From Candidatus Cloacimonadales bacterium (GTDB taxonomy: Bacteria; Cloacimonadota; Cloacimonadia; Cloacimonadales; JAFGVF01), in the NCBI GenBank assembly GCA_963662585.1, contig OY759729.1, positions 2,784,001 to 2,848,000 of the forward strand: a stretch of 64,000 bases of DNA, given 5' to 3'. Of this stretch, positions 1 through 10,852 are shown in pieces. The notes below the pieces were generated by a model. The model was given only the letters and a program-made list of their open reading frames with translations. It was not told the origin of the DNA and made no database searches. The position numbers were made by a program, and so were the translations under genes. How positions within the stretch are numbered: the first letter of the stretch is position 1; every line of letters begins with the position of its first letter.

Positions 1-14
1 ACAAGGAGTAGATT

Positions 15-979
15 ATGAAAATATTATCTTTATTAAATACAGTTTTTATACCGGTAGTGCGAAATGGCAAAAGCTTCTATATGTTTCTTGATTCAGGTTG
101 TCCCATGTCTTTTTCTAACCTTATTAATGAAGTTACTTCAGCTGATTTAGGAATTGAAATAGATTTTATTCACCCTCTTCACATCATAAATTCAATAATG
201 TTATGAAATCTCTCTCTGATTTAGTTGGAATAGAAGTTGCAGGTATATTAGGTTTAGACTTTATTACCTTATTTGATAATATATTAATCAATATCAGGGA
301 GGAAAAATTAGAATTTAATGTTGCTAACTTTAAAGCTGATTTTGACCTAGATTGCCAATTTACTGGATTTATCACTACTTCAATTTCTCCGATTAATCCT
401 GAAAATGATGGATTAACTGTTTTTGATACTGGAGCATTCCAGTGTATGTCCTTCAATCCTATTTTTGACAACTACCCAATTTCAAGATCATGGAAGTATG
501 TTTCATTTATGGGAACAATGAATATGGATTACTATAATAATATCGAATTATATTTGCAGGAATCCTACAAGGGTAAATACATTTTTGGCATAGCAAACAA
601 TTTACCTGAATTACCTTTTGACTACATATTAGGTATGAATTTTGTTTCAGAATATGAGTTACTTATTGATGTGGTTAATTATAAATTAAGATTTAAGAAA
701 TCAAAAGCACTTCCTATTCTAAATGTTCATCCGACTTATACCACTGGCTTCCAAATAAAAATTGATGATAAGATCCTTGTTAGTCATGTTAGGGAAAATT
801 GCCCCAATGATGTCAATATCGGCGATGTAATTGAAATTGATGGAATTGATATGACACAAACTAATAAGGTGAATTCAATCTATAATACTCTTGTTTATAG
901 TTCAAGTAAAAATCCAATTACTGTTATAGTAAATGGGGAAGAGAGAGAATTGGTAATGACTGAATTATTTAAGGCTTGA
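15..979 (+). pseudogene. Aspartyl (retropepsin-like) protease with C-terminal PDZ-like region, split by a frameshift into 15..206 and 203..979
   Basis: FLDSG in ORF1; GILG, FDTGA and YILG in ORF2 (two retropepsin lobes). The ORFs overlap at ATGA and the first lobe is cut between them. Confidence 0.55.
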
Positions 980-1078
980 GAGGACTTTATTCAACTCAGA
1001 AGGGCGAACAATGATATGCATGTAGATTAGTGCCATTTGTGGATATATTTATTTCTGTGTCTTATTTTTTACAAAAAA

Positions 1079-1107
1079 ATAGGGGACTTATGCTAAAGTC
1101 CCCTAAT
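1079..1107. terminator. Probable bidirectional intrinsic terminator between convergent genes
   Basis: taggggactt-atgcta-aagtccccta hairpin with A/T-rich flanks. Confidence 0.6.
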
Positions 1108-1164
1108 AATATATTATTTTACTTCTTAATTTTCATTCTTTCAAAGAAGAATTAAGTAAAAAAA

Positions 1165-3864
1165 CTATTCTGCTTTACGAACAAGACGGAAACCAACATT
1201 TCCGTCGTTAACATAAGGGCCCTGATGAGCACGATGAGAAACTCTACATTGATCAGCACTATCAGACCAGCCACCGCCTCGAAGCACATAAATAAAGCCT
1301 GAATCAGCACCTGTCGGATTAGTCACTGCTTGGTTAGAATAAGGTCCATAACTATCAAAGCACCATTCATAAACATTACCTGACATATCGTAAATCCCTA
1401 AACTGTTTGGAGCTTTAGTGCCAACTTCTTTGACTCCATAGGGGGCATTATTTTCATCACACCAAGCCACATCGTCGAAATTAGATGATCCTGCATAGAG
1501 GTAATCAGGATTATTGCTTGCTCCTCTAGCTGCATACTCCCACTCAGCTTCGGTAGGTAATCTATAGCCACTAGCAGTCATGTCACAAGTAAAAGTGTTA
1601 GTCTCATAGCAAGGGATTAAACCTTCTTGAAGACTTAACCAGTTACTAAAGTAAATTGCTCCTAACCAGTTTACTTCACTTACTGGACATTCTATACTCG
1701 GCACAATTTCATTTGCCTCAAAATAGAAAGAACCATTTTCATAGCCTAGTGCACAGTGTGGCATATTAAGATCGATTATTCGTGTATTATGGTAATAGCC
1801 TAAAGGAGTTACTCCTTCAGCATTTAGAAATTCAATAAACTTGCTATATGTTTGTTCATACTTGTTTATGTAAAATGGACTAAGGGTTACTTGGTGAGTT
1901 GGTAGTTCTTCTTCATGAATACCTTGGTTTGTATCACCCATTGTAAAGGTCCCTCCAGGAACAAAGATTGCTTCTGCTGAATTTTCATCAATATTGTAAT
2001 AAGCTACAGCTATTTCACTCGCTTGGTAGCCGTCTTTGAATGCTTTGGCTTTTATAGTTGTACTTTCTAAAATATTTAGTGGGTAATCGTATATCATAGA
2101 GCTTTCTTGATTAGGTTGGCTTCCATCAAAAGTATAACGAATTTCAACATCAGGTGTTGAACAACCGATTGATACTACTTGAGTTTCGCTGTAATAACCA
2201 GGGGTAGGGCTAAAATAAGGTAGAGCAACTTGATCAATTCCAGTCATTGTATTATCTATAAAGATTGGCCAAGTAACTGAAGTAAGGTTGTCATTAGTAT
2301 CATAAGCTGTTGCTCGAATCTCATAACGGCCATCTTCATATTGATAACTATCAAAGATATGAGTGAAATGGTCATTGTCATCAGGAGTTGCATCTACACC
2401 TAATTCTTCATGGTTAAGTGACAAACTGCTTATTCCAAATTCTACTTCAGAAACCATAACATTATCTGTTACATAAACATCTAAAAGTACATCTCCAGAA
2501 ACAATACTATTTGGTGCTGGAATATAGGTCTCTCCAATAGAAGGATTTTCGGTATCTTCAATAACCTCTTCAATAACTGTGAAGCTTCTGATAGGTGATT
2601 TTATTACTCTATCTCCTATAAAAGAACCATCTTTACTCACTTTCACTTGGTAATAATATGTTTGCCCAATCTCTAATTCTGTTTCAACATGGTGAGTAAT
2701 GCTATTGATACTTCCAGTTATTTCACTAAAATTAACTGTTGCTTCATAAGCTTTATTAAGGGCACTAAAGGGATCATTATTCTCATCAATAACTAGACAG
2801 TATTTCTCTTGAGTGAAATCTGAAGGATCCAAATCTGGTGAATCGATAAATCCCCATACCACATCTGGACTTGGAATTGCAGAATCAATAGGGCTATAAG
2901 TATCAATTGCTACATAAGAGTAGGTATAAAAATCAACTCTACTTTCCTTTGAATCAAGGACATTATTATTACTATCTAGCAATTCAATATTGAAGATAAG
3001 AGCATCAAAACCATCCACAGTTTGATATAAGTTAGCTAAAACAGCTTTATCCATAATATATTGATAATTAAAATTTACTTTTTCCATTCCTAAAACAATT
3101 GAATTTGACATATTGTTAGTAACAAAAGGAAGATAAATTATCTCATATTCACCTGCAATATTAGCTAGAATATTTCCTAAATTCTGAGTATTATCTATAG
3201 TCTCACCTAGCAAAGAAAGTGAAATATGGGCTGAAATAACTTCATTATTATGGTCAGTATATCCAACATTAACAACCAAATCATCAGTAAATGAATCAGA
3301 AGATAAACTAACATTTGAATAAGCTGTAGGAATAACTAGTATTTCATTAATCTCGGGACCTTCTCCCCAGAATGGAGCAAACCAACATAACTGATCTGTC
3401 ATAGCATTTAGGGTTTCGCTATCTTCATTATATCTTGTAGGAAGTTTAGACCACTCACCATTTAGATACCTTCCAATGAAAACATTATTAGGATCAATCT
3501 CATTGTCAGATTCATAATCAAAGCTGATAGCAACTGAGTTATTAAACATAACCTCTTCATCATGAATGATTTCGTAAACATCACCGATTAAATCATAATC
3601 AGCAAAACTGATATTCTCAACATTTTCTAATTTGTTAATTTCCAATTCAAAACTTTCTGAAACAGTGCCTGCTGCAAAATCAAGCATCATTTCTCCGTAA
3701 TTTACTATTGTTTCTTGATTAGCACTAATTGTCTGAGTAAAAGTTTCAGAATCAGGTTTAGTACTGCTATCATCACTACAAGAAAAAACTATTAGTAAAC
3801 TAATAAAAACAACAACTCTTCCAAAAAATAATTTCATTCTCTCTGTCATGAAATCTCCTATCAT
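1165..3864 (-). CDS. Lipoprotein with Ig-like and FN3-associated/chitobiase-like domains and a C-terminal FGE-sulfatase (SUMF1-like) domain
   Basis: Lipobox VFSC; PYFSPTPG..IRYTFDGSQP; GGTFTMG, YRLPTEAEWEYAARG, YDMSGNVYEW, RGGGW, GFRLVR. Confidence 0.85.
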   Translation of the reverse strand: MIGDFMTERMKLFFGRVVVFISLLIVFSCSDDSSTKPDSETFTQTISANQETIVNYGEMMLDFAAGTVSESFELEINKLENVENISFADYDLIGDVYEIIHDEEVMFNNSVAISFDYESDNEIDPNNVFIGRYLNGEWSKLPTRYNEDSETLNAMTDQLCWFAPFWGEGPEINEILVIPTAYSNVSLSSDSFTDDLVVNVGYTDHNNEVISAHISLSLLGETIDNTQNLGNILANIAGEYEIIYLPFVTNNMSNSIVLGMEKVNFNYQYIMDKAVLANLYQTVDGFDALIFNIELLDSNNNVLDSKESRVDFYTYSYVAIDTYSPIDSAIPSPDVVWGFIDSPDLDPSDFTQEKYCLVIDENNDPFSALNKAYEATVNFSEITGSINSITHHVETELEIGQTYYYQVKVSKDGSFIGDRVIKSPIRSFTVIEEVIEDTENPSIGETYIPAPNSIVSGDVLLDVYVTDNVMVSEVEFGISSLSLNHEELGVDATPDDNDHFTHIFDSYQYEDGRYEIRATAYDTNDNLTSVTWPIFIDNTMTGIDQVALPYFSPTPGYYSETQVVSIGCSTPDVEIRYTFDGSQPNQESSMIYDYPLNILESTTIKAKAFKDGYQASEIAVAYYNIDENSAEAIFVPGGTFTMGDTNQGIHEEELPTHQVTLSPFYINKYEQTYSKFIEFLNAEGVTPLGYYHNTRIIDLNMPHCALGYENGSFYFEANEIVPSIECPVSEVNWLGAIYFSNWLSLQEGLIPCYETNTFTCDMTASGYRLPTEAEWEYAARGASNNPDYLYAGSSNFDDVAWCDENNAPYGVKEVGTKAPNSLGIYDMSGNVYEWCFDSYGPYSNQAVTNPTGADSGFIYVLRGGGWSDSADQCRVSHRAHQGPYVNDGNVGFRLVRKAE

Positions 3865-4120
3865 CTTTGATAGAGGTTAAAAGCTAGAAATATCGATATT
3901 TGTCAATTATTATTTGGTTTGATAAACTGTATAAATGCTGGAGAGACTGTTCAATTATCCAGCCACCTTATCCAATAGCTTATCCTTAGCGAAGTCAATA
4001 ATATTGCATATCTTCAGGTTTCTTGACATTTTATAATGATTGTTTATTGGTAACAAAGCCTCTTTACTGGGAATGTGGATGACCATATCCGCTTCCGAGC
4101 GATAGCTTGGAAATTTATAA

Positions 4121-4597
4121 AAATCCCGAAGGGATGACATATAATAGGGAGTGATCGCAAGACACTCCATACAATACGAGCAGAAGTGAGCCCTAGAGGG
4201 GCGACATATTCTAATCAAATACGAATTTAAGTCCAGATATAACACTCATCATAATATTGTTTATACTTTTTCAAGAATTAGATTAGTTCATTTTGTAAAG
4301 ATACTTTGTGATGGTGGTTTTCTTGGTCTTGAATGTATCCTATAACAGCATAACTTTGCTGAGGATTAATTGAAAATGCACCGTAAGCTTCTTGCTAAGA
4401 AAAAAGGTTTAACTCGGGAAATCTTGTTTTGATCCATCTTGAAGAATTGGTTTTAACGAATCTGACTAGATCAACTAGGGCAATTTTTTTATCTAACTTA
4501 TAAAGAAGGATATATCGCCCCTTCAGGGCTCACTTTTACAAACATTCTTTGGAGTGTCTTGCGAGCACTCCCTACTATATGGCATCCCTGTGGGATT
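4121..4597. mobile_element. Degenerate REP-flanked IS200-like (RAYT-type) element
   Basis: About 88-bp repeat at 4121-4209 and its reverse complement at 4511-4597 enclose a tnpA remnant; third copy at about 63625-63714. Confidence 0.75.
4227..4485 (-). pseudogene. tnpA: IS200/IS605-family (Y1) transposase, C-terminal remnant
   Basis: Manual translation: LVRFVKTNSSRWIK..FS*QEAYGAFSI..YIQDQENHH..ELI*FLKKY..YDECYIWT*; two internal stops, HUH half missing. Confidence 0.8.
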
Positions 4598-4773
4598 AAG
4601 ATGCATTATTCGGATATTAGAGATATAGTAATGTAATCAAGCTAGATGTCAATTTCAAAAATGTAGGATAATAAATAAAAATTGTGCACTAATTATAGCA
4701 TTTGAAAAATCAAATCACTATTTATCAGTCATTTATTCTGAACAGTCTCTAATTCTGAAAGTGAAATCGAACT

Positions 4774-5817
4774 CTATTTATCTACCCTGTAAATATATTC
4801 AAGAGAAAATTCTTCTATGCCATCTTTTCTCATTTGCTTAAGAGTATTGTTGCCAATAAGGCCATCAGAGGTCATATTATTTTCATTTTGATACTGAATT
4901 ACAGCAGATTTTAAAACAGAATCAAAAACGCAGTCAATCTCATCAGAATAATACTCCTTTTCTTTCAGAAATTCTTTAACTGTCTTAATAGTTTCAGATA
5001 AATCATCTTCTTGTAAATATCTTCTATTAGTTATAATGGATAATGGCTTTTTATATTTTTCGAATAATTTTTCACCAAAGGCTAGATTCTTCCAAAAACT
5101 TCTTAATTTATTAGGAGAATATTCCTTATGATGAATGAAGTTCTTGCTGTATTCAGTAACTTCACTCTCTGTTTTTTTAGCAGATCTGAAAGGAAAAATA
5201 TGATATTGAATTTTACCGTATTTAGATGAATTATGGTGTCTAGAAAAAGCATAAACAGGAATAAAATTCTTGTTAAGGAAAGATATACAACCAATAGATA
5301 CACAGTTTCCATGAACACATATTGCTCGACCAGTATCGCTGAAACCAGCCGTAGTAGTATGTCTTTGGTCAATTTGATTTGGGTAATTCAAGCAAATCCT
5401 AAAAGCTGAACCTGTACCTACTTCTCCTGATTGTTCAACATTATTAAGGTCCATCCACATAAACCATTGACTACTATAATAGGCAAAATCACCATAATAA
5501 AATCCCTCAGGTGTTTTAGAATCTCCTGCTTTCAACTTAGGTCCTGGCTCAAAGTCCATGGAACAAATAGGCAGTGTTAAGATTAAGGATAAACTATCTT
5601 GTGATGAATCTTTTGACCATATTTCACACTCTCTCTCCTGCTTAAATACTCTAATGACAGTACAATCAGGAGGATAGTTAATCTTCTTTTCAATATCAGA
5701 ATAACTCTTTAAGGTGATTGAATCGGCAAGAGTCAAAATAGCCATGGGATTAGTGATATTTTGTGAAAATAAAAAAGCTGAATATAATAAGGTGAGTATT
5801 AATATTATTTTTTTCAT
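4774..5817 (-). CDS. YafK-like L,D-transpeptidase family protein with C-terminal peptidoglycan-binding domain
   Basis: IRVFKQERECEIW, GPKLKAGDSKTPEGFY, LNYPN, ICVHGNCVSIGC; AVIQYQNENNMTSDGLIG. Confidence 0.85.
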   Translation of the reverse strand: MKKIILILTLLYSAFLFSQNITNPMAILTLADSITLKSYSDIEKKINYPPDCTVIRVFKQERECEIWSKDSSQDSLSLILTLPICSMDFEPGPKLKAGDSKTPEGFYYGDFAYYSSQWFMWMDLNNVEQSGEVGTGSAFRICLNYPNQIDQRHTTTAGFSDTGRAICVHGNCVSIGCISFLNKNFIPVYAFSRHHNSSKYGKIQYHIFPFRSAKKTESEVTEYSKNFIHHKEYSPNKLRSFWKNLAFGEKLFEKYKKPLSIITNRRYLQEDDLSETIKTVKEFLKEKEYYSDEIDCVFDSVLKSAVIQYQNENNMTSDGLIGNNTLKQMRKDGIEEFSLEYIYRVDK

Positions 5818-6582
5818 AGTTCCTCTCTAATTTCTTATCTTATTAGAATAATTTTCTTTAAACAAGAGATAAGAAAGGCTGTTAGGGATGCTTATAACCT
5901 CTCTTGCTAGTGTAAAAATATTCCAATATTCATAAAATGTCAATACTTAATAGTGCCTAGCCTAGCCTAGTAAAATCATATTGATCACTATAATGATAAC
6001 TAAGACTATATTATAAAGCTTATTCTTCTATGTCAAGAAGATTATTAGAATGATTGATTTTGATTGTAAAGAGACAGAATTTTAAATATTCTTAGTCATC
6101 ATTCAATACCATAACCTTAATATAAGGAACTATTACTTCCCTCATCTTACAATCTTTAGCTACTTTATATAGCCTGTTTAGATCTGATTTTATTCTTTTC
6201 AATTGCGTAAATCTTGAAAGAAGCATTAGGCTCTTTAATTTCTATTATTTCTGGTGGATATATTGTATCAGAGAAATAGAACAGTTTTACTGGGGGTAAT
6301 CAAGAGAAAATCTTGCTGTACTATGTGGTACTGCTACATAAACAAAATTAGGGTTTATTGTCGATAGAAGATAATAATGCAAAGCTGAGTTAAGGCAATT
6401 ACTGACATACCTATATTTTTCTTAAAATCTGAATATATCAATTAATCTAATCTTATTAAATTGGGTTATTCCATTTATAATTTGACATAGAATAATAGTT
6501 AAGATATTGTAGATTTATATTGTATAGTAGATGATTTAAGCTATACAGTGAATTTTCAAAATAATATCTTTAAGGAGAAATA

Positions 6583-6888
6583 ATGCAGTTACCAAAGATA
6601 AATATAAATGAAGCAGATTTATATGAAATACTAAAAGGCTATGCTGTTGAAGAATTATATCTTTTTGGATCAATATTAAGGGAGGATTTCACTAATGAAA
6701 GTGATGTTGATATCCTGATTTCCTTCAAGAAAAATTCTAATTATTCTCTCTTTGATCTTATGGATTTACAGGAAAAGTTCGAACAATATTTCAATAAAAA
6801 AGTTGATTTAATTGAAAAAGATGGGATAAATAACCCATACAGAAGAAAAGAAATATTATCTACTGCGAGAAGAATCTATGCTTGTTAG
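6583..6888 (+). CDS. MntA-type minimal nucleotidyltransferase antitoxin
   Basis: LYLFGSILREDF..SDVDILI, KKVDLI. Confidence 0.85.
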   Translation: MQLPKININEADLYEILKGYAVEELYLFGSILREDFTNESDVDILISFKKNSNYSLFDLMDLQEKFEQYFNKKVDLIEKDGINNPYRRKEILSTARRIYAC

Positions 6889-6997
6889 TGAAAAAGATAG
6901 ATCTTATATATGGGATATTACTCAAGCATGTGAAGATATTCTGAATTTTATAAGTAACATTGATTTGACAGAATTTGAAAGAAATAAATTAACCTGA
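6878..6997 (+). pseudogene. Truncated HepT/DUF86 (HEPN) toxin
   Basis: Overlaps the mntA stop; MLVSEKDRSYIWDITQACEDILNFISNIDLTEFERNKLT* looks like a DUF86 N-terminus, only 39 aa. Confidence 0.7.
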
Positions 6998-7431
6998 TAG
7001 TTGAAGTTTAGTTCCTGATTAGTAATTTCTAATATAATTCTCAAGTTTTCATTCACTAATCACACTTTATCTATCTAATCTGAAGGAATGTCATTTAATA
7101 GGCAGGGTTCGTTAGACCATGTATATTTAAGCCCAAGATATATCTTAGCCTTGGAAGAGCGATATTATTATTAATTTTGCTATGTTAACAGAAACTCCGT
7201 CCGAAGTCCCTTATCTACGATTGAGGAACTCCGGTCTCTTTGCTTTTCGTGGTTTGGTATTTATATATGAAGGTTGTATATTAATACGAATCCATATATT
7301 GATATTGTCAAAATAGGGCAAGTTGTATAATTGGTAATAAGTTTTTATTATTATTTGATTAACTTTATTATGTAATATTCCCTTTTTGGGAAATTTATAT
7401 TTACAGATTAAACAGGTTTGGGAAAGTTGAA

Positions 7432-7734
7432 ATGAAATTACTTAAGAGAAATACTCTTGTAGAGTAGGGAAAAAGATTTCCTAAGGCAAAAATGCATCTT
7501 GATTCTTGGTATTTTGAAGTTAAAAATGCTTGTTGGAAAAATACTAATGAGATAAAAGTAAAATATGCACACGCAAGCATAATTGGAAATAATAGAATAG
7601 TTTTTAATATTCAAGGTAATAAACATAGATTTATTGCCGAAATAAACTACAAACAACAATTCGTATTTATTAGGCTTTTAGGAACCCATAAGGAATATGA
7701 CAAAGTGAATGCGGAGGTGGTTAGTGATTATTAA
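7432..7734 (+). pseudogene. higB: HigB-family toxin with an in-frame TAG at codon 12
   Basis: MKLLKRNTLVE*GKRFPKAKMHLDSWY..NRIVFNIQGNKHRFI..FIRLLGTHKEYDKV; TAG at 7465-7467. Confidence 0.75.
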
Positions 7735-8914
7735 GATAATAAAGAATGAAGAAGAATATAATTCAGCAATTGAATTAGTAGAGGAACTTATATCCAAAGA
7801 AAGAACCATAGAAGAAGATGATCAACTAGAATTACTAACCTTTTTGATAGATAAATATGAAGAAGAACAATATCCAATAGAATTACCAGATCCGATTGAT
7901 GCTATCAAATTTAGAATGGAACAAGAAGGACTAAAGCAAAAAGATTTAGTACCATATATTGGTTCTAAAAGTAAAGTTTCTGAAGTATTAGCAAAAAAAA
8001 GACCTTTAAGTATTAACATGATCAGACAGTTACATGCAGGTCTTGGTATTCCAGCAGAAGTACTTATTCAGCAAAAAGATGAAGATATACCAGAAACAAA
8101 ACACAATCCAGATGAGTACCCATTTAATGAGATGTATAAAAGAGGGTACTTTGTTGATGCACCAGAAACTTTAAATAAGGCTAAGGAGTATGGTGAAGAA
8201 CTTCTAAATAATTTTTTTTCAGAGGGTTTTAATAATTATAGTAATTATTCTTATTATAGAAAATCTACCAAGGATTGCGATTCTAAAGCTATTGATGTTT
8301 GGAAAGTTAAAATCTTAAAAATGATTGTAAAAACTGATATTCCAAAATATAAAAGAGATGTTTTATCTGAGGAAAATATTAGAGCATTAGTTAATTTGAG
8401 TAGCTTAGATGATGGACCTAAGTTAGCAGTTGAATTTCTTAAAAAACACGGAATTCATCTTATAGTATTAAAACACTTCAGTGGAACTCATTTTGATGGT
8501 GCTGTTTTTCTATCACCTACAGGTAATCCTGTTATAGGCATGACACTTAGATTTGGAAGACTTGATAGTTTCTGGTTTACCCTATTACATGAAATTGGTC
8601 ATATCAAGTATCACTTAGAAAATGATAAAACTTTGATTATAGATGATTTAGAGGATACTTCTAAATTACAAACTGACAACATAGAACAAGAAGCTAATGA
8701 ATTTGCTCGAAATGCTCTCATTCCTGAAGACTATTGGGATAAATATGGGAGTGAATTAACTACTCAGCATTGTAAAGATACAATAATGAAAGTAGCAAAT
8801 GAACTGAATATTAGCTCTGCGATAATTGCAGGTAGAATTAGAAATGAGTTAGATAATTATACTATTCTAACAAATCTGATTAAGTCTGATATTAGGAGCT
8901 TGTTTGAATATTAA
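7724..8914 (+). CDS. higA: HigA-type HTH antitoxin fused to ImmA/IrrE (M78) metallopeptidase
   Basis: PDPIDAIKFRMEQEGLKQKDLVPYIGSKSKVSEVL; FWFTLLHEIGH; EQEANEFA. Confidence 0.85.
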   Translation: MIIKIIKNEEEYNSAIELVEELISKERTIEEDDQLELLTFLIDKYEEEQYPIELPDPIDAIKFRMEQEGLKQKDLVPYIGSKSKVSEVLAKKRPLSINMIRQLHAGLGIPAEVLIQQKDEDIPETKHNPDEYPFNEMYKRGYFVDAPETLNKAKEYGEELLNNFFSEGFNNYSNYSYYRKSTKDCDSKAIDVWKVKILKMIVKTDIPKYKRDVLSEENIRALVNLSSLDDGPKLAVEFLKKHGIHLIVLKHFSGTHFDGAVFLSPTGNPVIGMTLRFGRLDSFWFTLLHEIGHIKYHLENDKTLIIDDLEDTSKLQTDNIEQEANEFARNALIPEDYWDKYGSELTTQHCKDTIMKVANELNISSAIIAGRIRNELDNYTILTNLIKSDIRSLFEY

Positions 8915-9167
8915 AAATATGAGTAGAAATATGATTTATTGTGATAAAGCCACATTTTTTTAACAATAAGAGGATAATACTTTGATTAATAGCGGAAAAA
9001 TGAAAGAATATATGATAGGAAAAACAACATCTCTAATAGCTGAAATTAGCCTATTAACAAAAAGTGGTTAATGATGCTATTCTCGATATGATTATTGGAA
9101 TTAGTAATGTCATAACATAACTTCTATGTATAGTGATAAAATTTTAGATTGCTTTCATTTTTCCTCT

Positions 9168-10589
9168 TTAATCCTTTTTCAACATATAATAGGTGCTTCT
9201 ACCACTACCTTTCCTAACTAAGAGTTTTTCTTCTGTCATCTCAGCTAATAAGTTTGTTGCTTTTGTAGTTTTAAAATCGAAAACATCAATTACTTGCTTA
9301 CGAGTTATGGTTTTATTATCTAATAGATAAAGTAATATGTCTTGTTTTTCTATTTCTAAACGACCGTAATCGACCGTAATCGATCGTAATCGATCGTAAT
9401 CGACCGTAATCGACCGTGGATATTCAATAGTTTGATTATTATTAACTGAAGATTCTGCTTCGGGTCGAAATAATTTAACTTCAAAGAAATCATTCTTTTC
9501 AATAATTTCAGGTTTTTTAAGGCCTCTATTCTCACACGAAATTAAGATACGATTAATGCCAGTACCCCATTTTTCTATAAAGTTGAGTTTATTCATCACT
9601 CTTGCAAGTACTTTATTTCTAATCTCACTTCTTCCATTAAAGATATCTTCATAAGTTATTTTTGGTGGAAGTGATCCAGGGGAGTTGATAGAAATATAAC
9701 TATCAAAAATATTAACTTTAATATCTCTACCAGAATTAGTGTAATCACGATGGACAATGGCATTTAGCAAAGCTTCTCTAATTGCCTCTAAAGGAACTTC
9801 AGGTATATCTTCTCTTTGTAGCCCTTTTATCTTTGCACCAACATTGATATGATTATAACAAAAACTTTCAGCATTCTCCAATTGAGAAAAAATATTGCCA
9901 GTATATTCTTTTTTATCAATAAATTCAACCATATTATCACCCTTGAATTTAGCACATTTTATACAAGAATGTTCATACAGACCAAGAAGAATTAGTAATC
10001 CTTTTGTAGGGTACAGTTTATTGATTTCTTTTTTAGCTAATCCAAGATTTAGGAAGCTTGATTCATCTAAATCTATACCCAGCTTCTTGAATCTAGTGGA
10101 AAGTGGACTTAAATCTAAATCTTCAAAATCTAGGTTATAATCTATCTCTTCATCAAAGCTCGTATTCCTACTTTGCCTATGGAGATCATTAATGGTTTCA
10201 TTATCTGCTTTGCGATTAGTGGCTCCCAATCTAATGTAGACTTCCTCTTTATTGCCTGCTTTTTTGATATGATATGGAGATTGTGGACCCTTTGAAACAT
10301 CAATTACAAGAATCAGCTTATTTTCAATAGCTACAGTAAAGATGTCTATCATTATTAGTGGAGATATTTTATCATATATTACCGATATTAAAGAATCTTT
10401 TATTTCAAAAATATTAGCATCATCAATACCTATTATTTCAAGATTATCTTTAACCCCAATAATGAGCTTTCCTCCTGAAGTGTTTGCAAATGCACATACT
10501 GTCTTTGCTATCTTGTCATGAGAAGGAATTATCTCTTTCAGTTCAAGTGTTTTGCTCTCACCCTTTGTTATCAGTTTCTTGTAATCCAT
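9168..10589 (-). CDS. AlbA_2/Schlafen-domain ATP-binding protein with HATPase_c_4 and C-terminal wHTH
   Basis: GESKTLELKE, AFANTSGGKLIIGV, REALLNAIVHRDY, SPGSLP, EKWGTGI, GSGRSTYY. Confidence 0.85.
   Translation of the reverse strand: MDYKKLITKGESKTLELKEIIPSHDKIAKTVCAFANTSGGKLIIGVKDNLEIIGIDDANIFEIKDSLISVIYDKISPLIMIDIFTVAIENKLILVIDVSKGPQSPYHIKKAGNKEEVYIRLGATNRKADNETINDLHRQSRNTSFDEEIDYNLDFEDLDLSPLSTRFKKLGIDLDESSFLNLGLAKKEINKLYPTKGLLILLGLYEHSCIKCAKFKGDNMVEFIDKKEYTGNIFSQLENAESFCYNHINVGAKIKGLQREDIPEVPLEAIREALLNAIVHRDYTNSGRDIKVNIFDSYISINSPGSLPPKITYEDIFNGRSEIRNKVLARVMNKLNFIEKWGTGINRILISCENRGLKKPEIIEKNDFFEVKLFRPEAESSVNNNQTIEYPRSITVDYDRLRSITVDYGRLEIEKQDILLYLLDNKTITRKQVIDVFDFKTTKATNLLAEMTEEKLLVRKGSGRSTYYMLKKD
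9361..9417. repeat. 10-bp tandem repeat (cga[c/t]cgtaat, about 5.7 copies) inside the CDS
   Basis: cgaccgtaat cgaccgtaat cgatcgtaat cgatcgtaat cgaccgtaat cgaccgt. Confidence 0.9.
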
Positions 10590-10852
10590 ATCTACTCCAA
10601 ATTAAAAGTTAGTTTAAGTTAAGATAGTCTAGCAATAGCAAAGATGTCAAGATAAATGTGAGTTAGAATATTTTAATTAAAGAAAAGCTGAAAAGAAAAT
10701 AGTATTTGCTTCTTTCTAGTAGTTTTTTTGTAAGATTATTATTATTGATATTCTACATTAAAGGAATAATATCATGTACTATACTTAATCTACAAAATTT
10801 CTACTTCATTATTAATACATATATATGTGTAAATGCTATCCTGCTCTTTGTC

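Noticed and set aside
3955..4245. 96-aa ORF
   Set aside because: Runs through the REP-like repeat and has no recognisable motif; likely spurious
7465..7467. Alternative genetic code (TAG reassignment)
   Set aside because: TAG terminates many intact genes in the window, e.g. hsdM and hsdR
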